Of a stretch of 52,001 bases of DNA, positions 28,219-37,041 are shown one piece after another (the stretch's first letter is position 1; each line of letters starts with the position of its first letter). Where the stretch lies: positions 1-52,001 of the forward strand of contig CAYLPT010000139.1 in assembly GCA_964385645.1 (NCBI GenBank). The letters are read 5' to 3'. A program made the translations under genes and the position numbers. This DNA comes from an uncultured bacterium. Lineage in GTDB: Bacteria; Armatimonadota; Hebobacteria; Hebobacterales; Hebobacteraceae. A model generated the notes under the pieces. The model was given only the letters and a program-made list of their open reading frames with translations, was not told the DNA's origin and made no database searches.

Positions 28219-28248
28219 TTGACACCCCCGTTGGCCCTGTGCTACCGT
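28219..28248 (+). promoter_or_regulatory. cspA promoter TTGACA-N18-TACCGT with TGTGC extension
   Basis: TTGACA at 28219-28224. TGTGCTACCGT ends at 28248 and shares the TGTGCTA core with the hslU -10. The leader to ATG 28331 is about 75 nt. Confidence 0.42.
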
Positions 28249-28330
28249 CCGCCAGGCTGCTTCCAGCAGGAGGTTCGCGCCGAGCTGGGCCATGCGCCAG
28301 GCCGGCCGGCGCGAAACGAGGAGGTGCCCT

Positions 28331-28531
28331 ATGGCGAGGGGAAGGGTCAAGTGGTTTGACCCCAAGAAGGGGTACGGTTTCATCGAGGTGGACGGGAGCC
28401 GGGACGTGTTTGTGCACCACTCGGCGATCACCATGCCCGGCTTCAGGACCCTCGAACAGGGGCAGCAGGTGCAGTTCGATCTGCTCGAGGGCGACAAGGG
28501 ACCGCACGCGACGAACGTGGTGCCCGTGTAG
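28331..28531 (+). CDS. cspA: cold-shock protein (CspA family)
   Basis: [20 protein letters not shown] (RNP1) and DVFVHHSAI (RNP2). ATG 28331 follows GAGGAGG. Confidence 0.95.
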   Translation: MARGRVKWFDPKKGYGFIEVDGSRDVFVHHSAITMPGFRTLEQGQQVQFDLLEGDKGPHATNVVPV

Positions 28532-28554
28532 GCCGTTCTCGGCGCAGGCCGTCC

Positions 28555-29586
28555 TCACGCCCCGGCGCGGGGTTCGCCGGGGCGCGCGCTTTGCCCGGCC
28601 ACGGCGGCCGGCCGACCGGTCCGCCGGGCGCGATCGGCCGCCTCCGCGACGGCGACGGCGGCCCGGCCCTCAGCAGCGGTCAGGACGGGCTGTGCGTCCC
28701 TGAGCACCCATTCGGTGAAGCTGGTCAGCTCCAGCTCGAGCATGTCGGGGCCTGGGATGGCGGCGGCCTCCACGGTGGTGAGGTGGGCCTCGTCCGCGCC
28801 GTAGCAGAGGCCCTGCCAGGGATCGTCCCAGGAGGCGAAGCCGCGGCGGCAGATGATGTGGAGGCGGCGGTCGCCGAGGGGGGAGATGCTGGCGCAGGAG
28901 ATGACGCCGGTAGCGCCGGAGTCGAACTCCATCAGGATCGCGGCTGCATCGTCGAGGTCGTGGACCTGGTCGCCGTAGCGGCCGCCGGCGCAGTAGACGC
29001 GCTGGGTGGGGCCGAAGACGGCGTGGAACAGGTCAATGAGGTGGATCCCCATGTGGAAGAACAGCCCGCCGATGCAGTGTCGCTGGGTATGCCACGACCC
29101 CCACGGCCGCTCAGTGTAGCCGCTGAAGAGATAAGTCGCCAGGCCGAACACCGGCTCGCCCAGCTCGCCTGAGGCGACGACCTCGCGGAGGCGACGCGCG
29201 GCGCGGGTCAGGCCCAGCGAGTGCCCGACCATGAGCTTGACGCCGGCGCGGTCGCAGGCCTCGATCATACGGTCGCAGTCCGAGACCGAGAGCGCCATGG
29301 GCTTCTCGCAGAACACGTGCTTGCCAGCGCGCGCGGCCGCGATCGTCTGGTCGCAGTGCAGGTGGTTCGGGGTGGCGACGATGACGGCGTCAACATCGGC
29401 CCGGCCCAGCAGGTCATCAAGGGAGGGAGCGGGGCTTGCGCCCAGCTCCTCCTGAGCGAGGCGGAGGTTGGGGGCGTACGGATCGCAGGCGGCGACGACA
29501 TCGGCGTCCGCGACGGCGTCCCGCAGCACGCGCGCGAGCTCGCGCCCCATGCCCCCACAGCCGATGAGGCCGAAGCGAAGGGCCAT
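28555..29586 (-). CDS. Gfo/Idh/MocA family NAD(P)-dependent oxidoreductase
   Basis: MALRFGLIGCGGMGRE Rossmann N-terminus and VFCEKPMA block. ATG 29586 overlaps the upstream TGA (ATGA). Confidence 0.88.
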   Translation of the reverse strand: MALRFGLIGCGGMGRELARVLRDAVADADVVAACDPYAPNLRLAQEELGASPAPSLDDLLGRADVDAVIVATPNHLHCDQTIAAARAGKHVFCEKPMALSVSDCDRMIEACDRAGVKLMVGHSLGLTRAARRLREVVASGELGEPVFGLATYLFSGYTERPWGSWHTQRHCIGGLFFHMGIHLIDLFHAVFGPTQRVYCAGGRYGDQVHDLDDAAAILMEFDSGATGVISCASISPLGDRRLHIICRRGFASWDDPWQGLCYGADEAHLTTVEAAAIPGPDMLELELTSFTEWVLRDAQPVLTAAEGRAAVAVAEAADRARRTGRPAAVAGQSARPGEPRAGA

Positions 29587-30380
29587 CAAGGGTCTCCTTT
29601 CGCCATCCTGAGGGGTAGGGGAAGCCGTAGTCTGGCCCAGACGAGGTCAAGCAGGTCCGGGCGTGGCTCTCCGCGCTGCGCCCTGCGCAGGAGTTGGAGG
29701 CGCATCGGATCCACGGCGTCGGCGCCAAGGGCGGCGGCGCCGAGCCGCTCGGGCAGCGAGCGGAAGCAGAACTCGTTGAGCACCACGGTGGGCGCGAGCA
29801 GCCGCTGGTCGAGGTGTGCGACGCGGGCGGCGAGGGCGTCGGCGTCGACGCGGACGGGCCGGCCGGCGAGATCGCGAACGCGGTCGCAGCTGGCGAGGGA
29901 CCGCTCGACGACCGCCGCCGGCGCCTCAATTCCCAACAGGCGCAGCCGGCTCGCCTCCTGCCGCGCGGCGAGCCTAGCCTCCGCCTCCACCCGGTCGCGC
30001 TCCTCGGGGGCGACGAGGCCGAAGAGGCGGCAGGCGAGCGGCCGGCGGGCGTAGATGGCGCACTGACCGTCCTCGAGGAACATACACTGCCGCGCGGGCT
30101 CGATCCAGGAGAAGAACAACTCCTCCACCCCGCGCCTGAGCAGCTCCTCCCGCCGAGGCCTCGGCAGGCCCGTGAGCGCCTCGAGCAGGAACAGGTACTC
30201 GACGAAGAAGATGCCCGGGCTCTCGAAGCAGCAGCGCGCGCAGTTATCACACCGAGTCTCGGGGAACTCCCCGTAGACCTCCGTGAGCCGCGCGAAGAGC
30301 CCCTGGCGGCGGGCGGCGGCGAGGGCGCGCGGGAGCGCAACGTGGTCGGAGGTCCGGGATGGGGGGCGGCGGGCGCTCAC
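29586..30380 (-). CDS. YkgJ-family cysteine-cluster protein (CxxCxxCC)
   Basis: ETRCDNCARCCFES and GQCAIYARRPLACRLFG are the two halves of the YkgJ/UPF0153 motif. The start is taken at GTG 30380, which overlaps the mtaD TGA. The track ORF extends to 30443. Confidence 0.72.
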   Translation of the reverse strand: MSARRPPSRTSDHVALPRALAAARRQGLFARLTEVYGEFPETRCDNCARCCFESPGIFFVEYLFLLEALTGLPRPRREELLRRGVEELFFSWIEPARQCMFLEDGQCAIYARRPLACRLFGLVAPEERDRVEAEARLAARQEASRLRLLGIEAPAAVVERSLASCDRVRDLAGRPVRVDADALAARVAHLDQRLLAPTVVLNEFCFRSLPERLGAAALGADAVDPMRLQLLRRAQRGEPRPDLLDLVWARLRLPLPLRMAKGDP

Positions 30381-31678
30381 GAGGTCAGCCGCCCAAGGCG
30401 TCTGCTCACCTCCGCGAAGATCGTCTCCTCGTCGAGCGTGCACAGCTCCCGGTCGAGCATGAGCGGCGCTCCGTTGACGAAGACGGTGCGCACATCGCCG
30501 GCCCGCGCCGCGTACACCAGGTGCGAGATCGGGTCGTGGGCCGGGAAGAGATGGGCCTGACGGAAGTCGAGGAGCACGAGGTCGGCCCTCAGGCCGACCT
30601 TGAGCTGCCCCACCCGGTCGCCGATGCCCAGCGCGGCCGCGCCGCCGCGGGTGGCCATCTCGAGCGCCCGGCGGGCCGGCACCGCGGTGGGGTCGCCCTC
30701 GTGCACCTTGTGGAGCAGCGCGGCGAGCCGGGCCTCCTCGAGCATATCCAAGTTGTTGTTGCTGGCGGCCCCGTCAGTGCCCAGCCCGACGATGGCGCCG
30801 GCCGCCAACAGCCGCGGCAAGGGCGCGATCCCGGAGGCGAGCTTCATGTTGCTGCCGGGGTTGTGGGAGATGCCGACCCGCTTCTCCGCGAGGGTGGCGA
30901 TGTCGGCGTCGGTGAGGTGGACGCAGTGGGCCGCAAGGACGGGTGAGAGGTCGAAGATCCCCAGGTCGCGGAGGCGGGCGACGGGCGTCTGGCCGAAGTC
31001 CCGGAGGCTGTCCTGCACCTCCTGGGCCGTCTCGGAGACGTGGATGTGCACCCCGACGCCGGCGGCGCGTGCGCCCTCGATCACCCGCCCGAGAAGGTCT
31101 GACGGGCAGGTGTAGGGCGCGTGTGGCCCAAGCATGGTGACAAGCCGGCCCTCCCCGCGGCCGTTCCACTGGGCGGCGAACTCGATGGCGGCCTCCATGC
31201 GGTCGCGCGCGTCAGGCAGGAAGCCCAGCAGCACCCCGGAGACGTTGGCGCGGATGCCGCTGTCGAGGACGGCCCGGGAGGTGGCCTCGTAGTAGTGGTA
31301 CATGTCGTTGAAGCAGGTGACGCCGCCCCGGATCATCTCCGCGATGCCCAGCAGCGCCCCCCAGTAGACATCGTCCTCCTCGAGGCGCATCTCGAACGGC
31401 CAGATCTTATCCTCCAGCCAGCGCATGAGAGGCAGGTCGTCCGCATAGCCGCGCAGCAGCGTCATCGCGCAGTGCGTATGCGTGTTGACCATGCCCGGCA
31501 TCGCCACCATGCCGGTCGCGTCGAGGACATTGTCGGCCTTTATCTCGCGGCCCCGCTGGCCGGCGGGCCAGAGGCCCGCGATGTCGGCGCCCTCGATGAG
31601 CAGGTCGCCGCGGGGCAGCACCGTCCCCGCGTCGTCAACGGTCACGATCGTCGCGTTCTCAATCAGCCAGCTCGCCAA
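30377..31678 (-). CDS. mtaD: amidohydrolase, 5-methylthioadenosine/S-adenosylhomocysteine deaminase-like
   Basis: LIENATIVTVDD..., PGMVNTHTHCAMTLLRG (HxH), HVSET and GLGTDGAASNN blocks. TTG start at 31678 with GAGGGAG upstream. Confidence 0.82.
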   Translation of the reverse strand: MASWLIENATIVTVDDAGTVLPRGDLLIEGADIAGLWPAGQRGREIKADNVLDATGMVAMPGMVNTHTHCAMTLLRGYADDLPLMRWLEDKIWPFEMRLEEDDVYWGALLGIAEMIRGGVTCFNDMYHYYEATSRAVLDSGIRANVSGVLLGFLPDARDRMEAAIEFAAQWNGRGEGRLVTMLGPHAPYTCPSDLLGRVIEGARAAGVGVHIHVSETAQEVQDSLRDFGQTPVARLRDLGIFDLSPVLAAHCVHLTDADIATLAEKRVGISHNPGSNMKLASGIAPLPRLLAAGAIVGLGTDGAASNNNLDMLEEARLAALLHKVHEGDPTAVPARRALEMATRGGAAALGIGDRVGQLKVGLRADLVLLDFRQAHLFPAHDPISHLVYAARAGDVRTVFVNGAPLMLDRELCTLDEETIFAEVSRRLGRLTS

Positions 31679-31717
31679 GCCCTCGTCTCCCTCTGTCTGC
31701 GATGTTCCGCCCCGGCC

Positions 31718-34700
31718 CTAGGGCGCCTCAACCGTGATGGCCACCACCTTGACCCAGGGCGCGTGGGGAAGCTCGAGCTCCACCGCGGTGCCCTCAGGCG
31801 CCTGGATCGGAATCAAGTGCAGATAGGCCGGCGTGGCCGCGTCGTCGGCGTGGAGGCTCCTCACGGCGGGCGCGTGGGCGCCCACAACATACCGGCCCGT
31901 GCGCTCCGTCCAGGAGGGGACGATGAGTGTGACGGGCTGCACGCCGCCGTCGGCCAGCCTGAGCCGCGCCTCGATCTGCTGCGCGCCGGCGGTGCTCGCG
32001 GCCAGCACCCAGAGGGCCCGCGCGCCGGATTCGCCCAGCGGGATCGTCTGCCCCGCACAGGCCACCACGCCCCCAAGGCCCGACTCGGCGCCTGGGAACC
32101 GCAGCGGGATCGGCGCCGCTGTGCTCTGCGAGTAGTAGCCGGCCGGGTAGAGGTTGGCCGGGGCGCCCGAGAGATCGGGCGGAAGCCACTCCGCGGGGAA
32201 GCTGCGGCCCCGGCCGTCGAAGTCGCCCCGAGCCCGCTGCGCGTCAGTCGTCACCGCGATGACGTTGGTCAGCTCTGACAGGTCGAGCGGCCGGTATCTG
32301 CCGCCCTGCACCAGCACCGGCATCACCAGCATGTCCCCTCGGCGGTGAGCCCGCTGCTGGGCCCAGCCCTCGCCCTCGCAGACGAGCTCCCACCTCAGCC
32401 AGTAAACGCCGGCCACGGGCGGGGCCTGCACCTCCACGCCCGCCGCCACCCGTTCCCCGGGGGCGGCCGAGGTGGGCAGGCGCGCCGTGCGCTCCCCCGG
32501 GGCCCAGCCCGGGGGCGCCTCCGGCCCATCCCAGCGGTGCCACGTGTAGGCGAGGTGGAACCGGTCGCTTGCCTCCCATCGGCGCCGCCCTGCGTTCGCG
32601 AGGATTACCGTGGCCCTCGCCGTCGCGCCCGCCTCCATCTCCACAGGGACGGAGGCGGACTCGAAGCGCACACCCCAGTCCCTCGCCACCACCTGGATCG
32701 GCTCCGCCCGTAGCAAGGCCCCTTGGCGGGAGAACCATCCCTCCTTCCCTTCCAGCAGGTCCCACCTCACCTGGTAGCGCCACAGCTCCTGCGGATCGCA
32801 GGGGGGGAGGGGCGCCCCTTGCTCGTCAACGGCCGCGACACGCACGCGGACCGTGACCGCTTGCCCCGGCGCGACGTCGTGCGGCAGGTCGGCCCTCCCG
32901 GCGGCCCAGGCGACCAGCTCCTGGGCCTCGCCGCGGGCGGCCGTCAGCTCACCGCGGTCTCGCACCCAGTGGTAGCCGAGAGACAACTGGCCGGCCCTCC
33001 AGGTCTGGGTCCCATCGTTGCGCAGGCGCACGGCGACATCTTCCGCGGCGCCGCTCTCGAGGGCCGACGGCAGAGTGGTGCTCAGGACCGTGGCGGCCCT
33101 CGCGGGCGGGTCGCCGACGGTGATCGGCACCTTCAGCTCGGCCACGGTGGTGGTGAACCAGGGAGACCGCAGGTACTGAAGCCGGCTGCGCACCACAGTG
33201 AGCGACCAGACGTAGCGCCCCGGAGGCAAGGGCACGCCCTGATCGTCTACGGCGGAGATCGTCGCGCGCACACGGCGGGCCTGCCCGGCGAGCACCTCCA
33301 GGGCCTGAGCGGCGCTCCGGCGCTGGACCTCTTGCCCATCCGCAAGCCGCACGATGCGATGGTCGGCGGTGACCCGACGTCCCGTGCGCAGGTCATCGGT
33401 CCCCGCGTTCTCGACCAGCAGCTCCAGCTCGCAGTCAGCGCCCGGGCGCAGCAGGGGCGGCGCCTGCCGGGCCCGCACCCGGACCACGGAGCCCTGGCCG
33501 CCGGCGAGGCGGGTGCGGAAGTAGCGGGTGCGGTCCACGTACTCCAGGCCGTGCTGGCGGCTGGGCGCGATCTCGGTGGCGTGGCCGAAGTCGTTCCAGC
33601 TCTCGACCACCACCAGCTCCGGCCGAACCGCGAGCACCCGCTGCCAGTCGGTGCGGTAGGCTCGCCCGTCCCGGCGGGGCCTGGTCTCAGCGACGACGCC
33701 CGGGGGAGGGTAATATCCAGGCGAGAGGCCGACCGCCGAGGGCCCCCCCGCCCCCGCGAAGCTCAGGCCGGCGCGCCCGGGCAGTCTCACATAGGCGTAG
33801 AAGTCCTCGACCCCGCCGGCTCTCCAGGCGGGGCTGCCCAGCCACACCAGCCGCGCGCCGTCGAAGTCGGCGGCGAAGCGCTCCGCGCAGTAGGAGGTGA
33901 AGGCGCCATCCCAGCCGGCCAGGCCCTCCGGCTCGCCCAGCAGCACCGGAGGGCCTCCCGCGGCGCCCTCGTCCGGCCGCGCGCCTAGCTCGGCCCAGAA
34001 CTCCTGGGGCACGTGCTCGTAGAACTCGCGGACCATCCCATAGAGCAGCCGCCTGCCCTCCTCGGTGCGCAGGTCCACGCCCTGGAGCGCCCCGGTGTCG
34101 AGCATCATGCCGACGAGCGGGAAGCTGCGTCCATCGGCGCGCATCCACCTGAGCGCCTCGCCCAGCCGCAGCAGTCCAGTCCGGGCCCACGTGCGCCTGG
34201 ACTCCTCGTCCCCGCGGTAGCGGGCAAGCAGCACCTCGATGCCGGCCCGGTGGGCCTCCCCGAGCTGCTCGAGGTGCCAGTCCACGCGGTTCCAGTGGTA
34301 CCAGGGGCCAGCGCCCTGGCGGGGTTGATCGGGGGTCGTCGGGCCCTCGGGGCCCCAGAGCGGCGAGCCTCCGAGCGGGCCGGGCTCCGCACACCAGTCG
34401 TAGCGGTACACCGCCAGGAGCCGGCCGGCGTCATCCGCGGGCAAGGCCGCCTCGGGTGAGCGCTCCAGGGTGGCCTCCGGCCGCTCCAACTGCAAGATGC
34501 CTGCCGCGAGCCACTCGGCGGCGTCTAGCCTTCCGTCCACGAAGGGCGCCTGAGGCGCCAGGGGGGCGATGGCCAGCGCCCCCTGTGCGGGGCCCGGCAC
34601 ACCGCCAGGGGAGATCAGGAGCCGGCCCCAGCGCGTGAGATCGCCGACCTCTCCCGGCTCCCGCACTCCGGGCGCCCAACTGGTGATGCCCTCTGCCTCG

Positions 34701-35251
34701 CCCTGCATCCAACACACGACATTGAACCCGATCTCGCCCCCGACAGGCGGCTGGCCGCCGAGGAACTCCCAGGGGATGGCGCACTCGACCACATAGCCTT
34801 CGTCGGTGTCCCCGGGATCGTTCAGCGTGCCTTCCACCTGGACGGCGTAGCGGATGGTGCGGGGGCCCGTGGTCCAGGAGGGGTCGGCTCGCCACTGCCC
34901 ATCGGCGTCGCGGGTCAGGAGCAGCATGCCGCCGGCCGCGCTGATCGCCAGCCGGTGCGCGGAGACGCCGCCAGGGCCTGGGATGGCGAAGCAGAACTCG
35001 ATCGCGTCGTCCTGGTGTGGGGTGGACATGGGGGCGACGCTGGTGCCGGTCACCATCGGATCTGGCACCCTGGCGGCGAGGGAGAGGAACTGCCCGTTCC
35101 ACTGAACATAGACGCGAATGCGCGATCCTCGCCGCTCTTCAGGCAGGCGCAGGGCGCCGGCCGGCCGGCCCATCAGGAGGACCGCCGCCAGCAGCCCGGC
35201 GAGCGCCGCGCCGGCGAGACGAGGCGCCGCGGTCATGGCTCTGGTGCTCAT
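31718..35251 (-). CDS. large secreted multidomain carbohydrate-associated protein (CBM9/DOMON-like N-domain, TIM-barrel-like middle, NBR1-type Ig repeats, C-terminal beta-rich module)
   Basis: ATG 35251 sits directly behind GGGAGGAGAGGAG. Signal peptide MSTRAMTAAPRLAGAALAGLLAAVLLMGRPAGA. See the findings for domain evidence. The track ORF has a 100-aa junk extension to 35551. Confidence 0.8.
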   Translation of the reverse strand: MSTRAMTAAPRLAGAALAGLLAAVLLMGRPAGALRLPEERRGSRIRVYVQWNGQFLSLAARVPDPMVTGTSVAPMSTPHQDDAIEFCFAIPGPGGVSAHRLAISAAGGMLLLTRDADGQWRADPSWTTGPRTIRYAVQVEGTLNDPGDTDEGYVVECAIPWEFLGGQPPVGGEIGFNVVCWMQGEAEGITSWAPGVREPGEVGDLTRWGRLLISPGGVPGPAQGALAIAPLAPQAPFVDGRLDAAEWLAAGILQLERPEATLERSPEAALPADDAGRLLAVYRYDWCAEPGPLGGSPLWGPEGPTTPDQPRQGAGPWYHWNRVDWHLEQLGEAHRAGIEVLLARYRGDEESRRTWARTGLLRLGEALRWMRADGRSFPLVGMMLDTGALQGVDLRTEEGRRLLYGMVREFYEHVPQEFWAELGARPDEGAAGGPPVLLGEPEGLAGWDGAFTSYCAERFAADFDGARLVWLGSPAWRAGGVEDFYAYVRLPGRAGLSFAGAGGPSAVGLSPGYYPPPGVVAETRPRRDGRAYRTDWQRVLAVRPELVVVESWNDFGHATEIAPSRQHGLEYVDRTRYFRTRLAGGQGSVVRVRARQAPPLLRPGADCELELLVENAGTDDLRTGRRVTADHRIVRLADGQEVQRRSAAQALEVLAGQARRVRATISAVDDQGVPLPPGRYVWSLTVVRSRLQYLRSPWFTTTVAELKVPITVGDPPARAATVLSTTLPSALESGAAEDVAVRLRNDGTQTWRAGQLSLGYHWVRDRGELTAARGEAQELVAWAAGRADLPHDVAPGQAVTVRVRVAAVDEQGAPLPPCDPQELWRYQVRWDLLEGKEGWFSRQGALLRAEPIQVVARDWGVRFESASVPVEMEAGATARATVILANAGRRRWEASDRFHLAYTWHRWDGPEAPPGWAPGERTARLPTSAAPGERVAAGVEVQAPPVAGVYWLRWELVCEGEGWAQQRAHRRGDMLVMPVLVQGGRYRPLDLSELTNVIAVTTDAQRARGDFDGRGRSFPAEWLPPDLSGAPANLYPAGYYSQSTAAPIPLRFPGAESGLGGVVACAGQTIPLGESGARALWVLAASTAGAQQIEARLRLADGGVQPVTLIVPSWTERTGRYVVGAHAPAVRSLHADDAATPAYLHLIPIQAPEGTAVELELPHAPWVKVVAITVEAP

Positions 35252-35299
35252 GGACTCCTCTCCTCCCGGGGGCCCAGCCGCGGGGGCAAGCTGGGCGAC

Positions 35300-35330
35300 A
35301 TTATACGAGATGGCGCCGCGCGCTGTAAAG
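35300..35330 (-). promoter_or_regulatory. promoter of the 1177-aa secreted protein gene, TTTACA-N19-TATAAT
   Basis: The minus strand has TTTACA (35330-35325) and TATAAT (35305-35300). About 45-nt leader ending in GGGAGGAGAGGAG before ATG 35251. Confidence 0.45.
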
Positions 35331-35386
35331 GAAGCGAGGCGACACAAGGCGGAGGAGATGCCGCCGCCGCGCCGAAGCCCAGGCCC

Positions 35387-35911
35387 ATGCCGCGCGTCGC
35401 CCTCCGGCCTATCACCACCGATGACGCGGAGATGTGCTTCCGCTGGGTCAGCGACCCGGACGTCAACCGCTACCTGGGGCTGATCCAGCCGGCCGCAACG
35501 GTCCAGCAGGAGCGGGCCTGGATCGCCGGCGTCCTCGCGGACAAGGCCCACCGGCGCGTATTCGTGATCGAGGACGAGGCCGGCCGGCCGATCGGGACGT
35601 GCAGCCTGCGGGGCATTGACCGGGAGGAGGAGACGGCCGACTTCGGGATCATGATCGGCGAGAAGCGGCTGTGGGGCCGCGGCTATGGCACCGCCGCGAC
35701 CCGGGCGCTACTCCGGCATGCCTTTGGGGAGCTGGGCCTGCGCGAGGTGCGGCTCTCCTCCCATGCCAGCAACCGCCGCGCGCTGGCCTGCTATCGCAGG
35801 GCCGGCTTCCTGCCTAGCCGACACCGCCCGGACCACCCCCAGTTCGGCCGCCACGAGGTGCGCATGGCGATCACCCGGGAGCGCTGGGAGCAGCTCGACG
35901 AGGTGGGGTAG
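35387..35911 (+). CDS. GNAT family N-acetyltransferase (RimJ/RimL-like)
   Basis: MPRVALRPITTDDAEMCFRWVSDPDV..., GIMIGEKRLWGRGYGTAA and NRRALACYRRAGF blocks. The track ORF extends upstream to 34955 through antisense sequence. Confidence 0.85.
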   Translation: MPRVALRPITTDDAEMCFRWVSDPDVNRYLGLIQPAATVQQERAWIAGVLADKAHRRVFVIEDEAGRPIGTCSLRGIDREEETADFGIMIGEKRLWGRGYGTAATRALLRHAFGELGLREVRLSSHASNRRALACYRRAGFLPSRHRPDHPQFGRHEVRMAITRERWEQLDEVG

Positions 35912-35974
35912 GGGAGGAGCCGTGCGCGCGCCGCGGCAACAGGTCGCCATCCGTCGGATGCGAGTCTGAGACCG

Positions 35975-36595
35975 ATGCCGGAGCAGGGTCCTGCCCGAGG
36001 GCCCGACTGGGCGCGGATTGGTCTCTGGCTGGTCGGCGTGACCATGGCCTACAACATGGTCGAGGCCGGGGTAGCGCTCTGGGCCGGCGGCGAGGCCCAG
36101 AGCATCGCGCTCGTAGGCTTCGGGCTGGACAGCGTCATCGAGTTCGCCGCCGCCGGGGTGCTCTTCTGGCGCCTCGCGCTCGAGGCGCGCGGCGCCGGGC
36201 GGGGGGCCGTCGAGGCCGCCGAGCGCCGGGTGCGTCGCTTCGTCGGCATCACGTTCTTCGCGCTCGCCGCCTACGTGAGCGCGCAGGCCATATGGGTCCT
36301 ATGGCGTGCGCGTCAGCCGGAGGAGAGCGTGGTGGGCATCGTGCTCGCGGGGGCTTCGCTGCTCATCATGCCCGCGGTGGCCGCGGGCAAGCTCCGCGCC
36401 GCCGCGCGCATCCCCAGCCCCGCGCTCCGCGCCGAGGCGAAGGAGACCCTCGCCTGCTCCTACCTGTCCTTCACGCTGCTGCTCGGCCTGCTCGCCAACG
36501 CCCTGCGCGGCTGGTGGTGGGCCGACCCGGCGGCCGCGCTGCTCATGGTGCCCTGGCTGCTCAGGGAGGGCGTCGAGGGGATCGCCGGCGAGTGA
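35975..36595 (+). CDS. cation-efflux (CDF) transmembrane-domain-only protein
   Basis: 206 aa, about 5-6 TM segments, with AYNMVEAGVALWAGGEAQSIALVGFGLDSVIEF resembling CDF TM2 metal-site helices. No cytoplasmic C-terminal domain. Confidence 0.55.
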   Translation: MPEQGPARGPDWARIGLWLVGVTMAYNMVEAGVALWAGGEAQSIALVGFGLDSVIEFAAAGVLFWRLALEARGAGRGAVEAAERRVRRFVGITFFALAAYVSAQAIWVLWRARQPEESVVGIVLAGASLLIMPAVAAGKLRAAARIPSPALRAEAKETLACSYLSFTLLLGLLANALRGWWWADPAAALLMVPWLLREGVEGIAGE

Positions 36596-36645
36596 GCGCG
36601 TACAGCGGGAGCGTGTCTCCTGCCCCGCTCGCCGGGCGCGCTCAC
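36592..36645. terminator. bidirectional stem-loop between convergent genes
   Basis: Outer 9-bp inverted repeat GTGAGCGCG (36592-36600) / CGCGCTCAC (36637-36645) contains both stop codons. Inner stem is AGCGGG (36604-36609) / CCCGCT (36624-36629). No U-tract. Confidence 0.38.
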
Positions 36646-37031
36646 ACCCGCAGGCTGACGGCCCGCGCCTGGGCCACCACCGTGCCGTCGGCCCGCACGG
36701 CCTCCGCCTCCGTCTCCACCGCGGGAGGCCGATCGCGGGTGATGCGGCCCCGCAGGCGCAGCGTCTCCCCGATGCGCACCGGCTGGTGGTACCTCACCTC
36801 CAGCCGCCCCGTGATGGCGTTGATCTCCTTCTCCCACAGCAGCCGCGCCATGGTCTCGTCGAGCGCGGTGGCGAGCAGCCCGCCGTGCACGATGCCGGCC
36901 CAGCCCTGGTGTTCGGCGCGGACCTCGAAGGTGGTGACGTAGTCGTCGCCGTCGAAGCTGAAGGTGAGCCTCAGCCCAATCGGGTTGCGCTGGCCGCAGG
37001 CGAAGCACATCTCATCTACATCGAGTCTCAC
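36642..37031 (-). CDS. PaaI-family hotdog-fold thioesterase
   Basis: CFACGQRNPIGL and GIVHGGLLATALDETM blocks. GTG 37031 lies 7 nt after AGGAGG and 10 nt after the upstream stop. Confidence 0.85.
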   Translation of the reverse strand: MRLDVDEMCFACGQRNPIGLRLTFSFDGDDYVTTFEVRAEHQGWAGIVHGGLLATALDETMARLLWEKEINAITGRLEVRYHQPVRIGETLRLRGRITRDRPPAVETEAEAVRADGTVVAQARAVSLRV

Positions 37032-37041
37032 TCCCGGCCTC

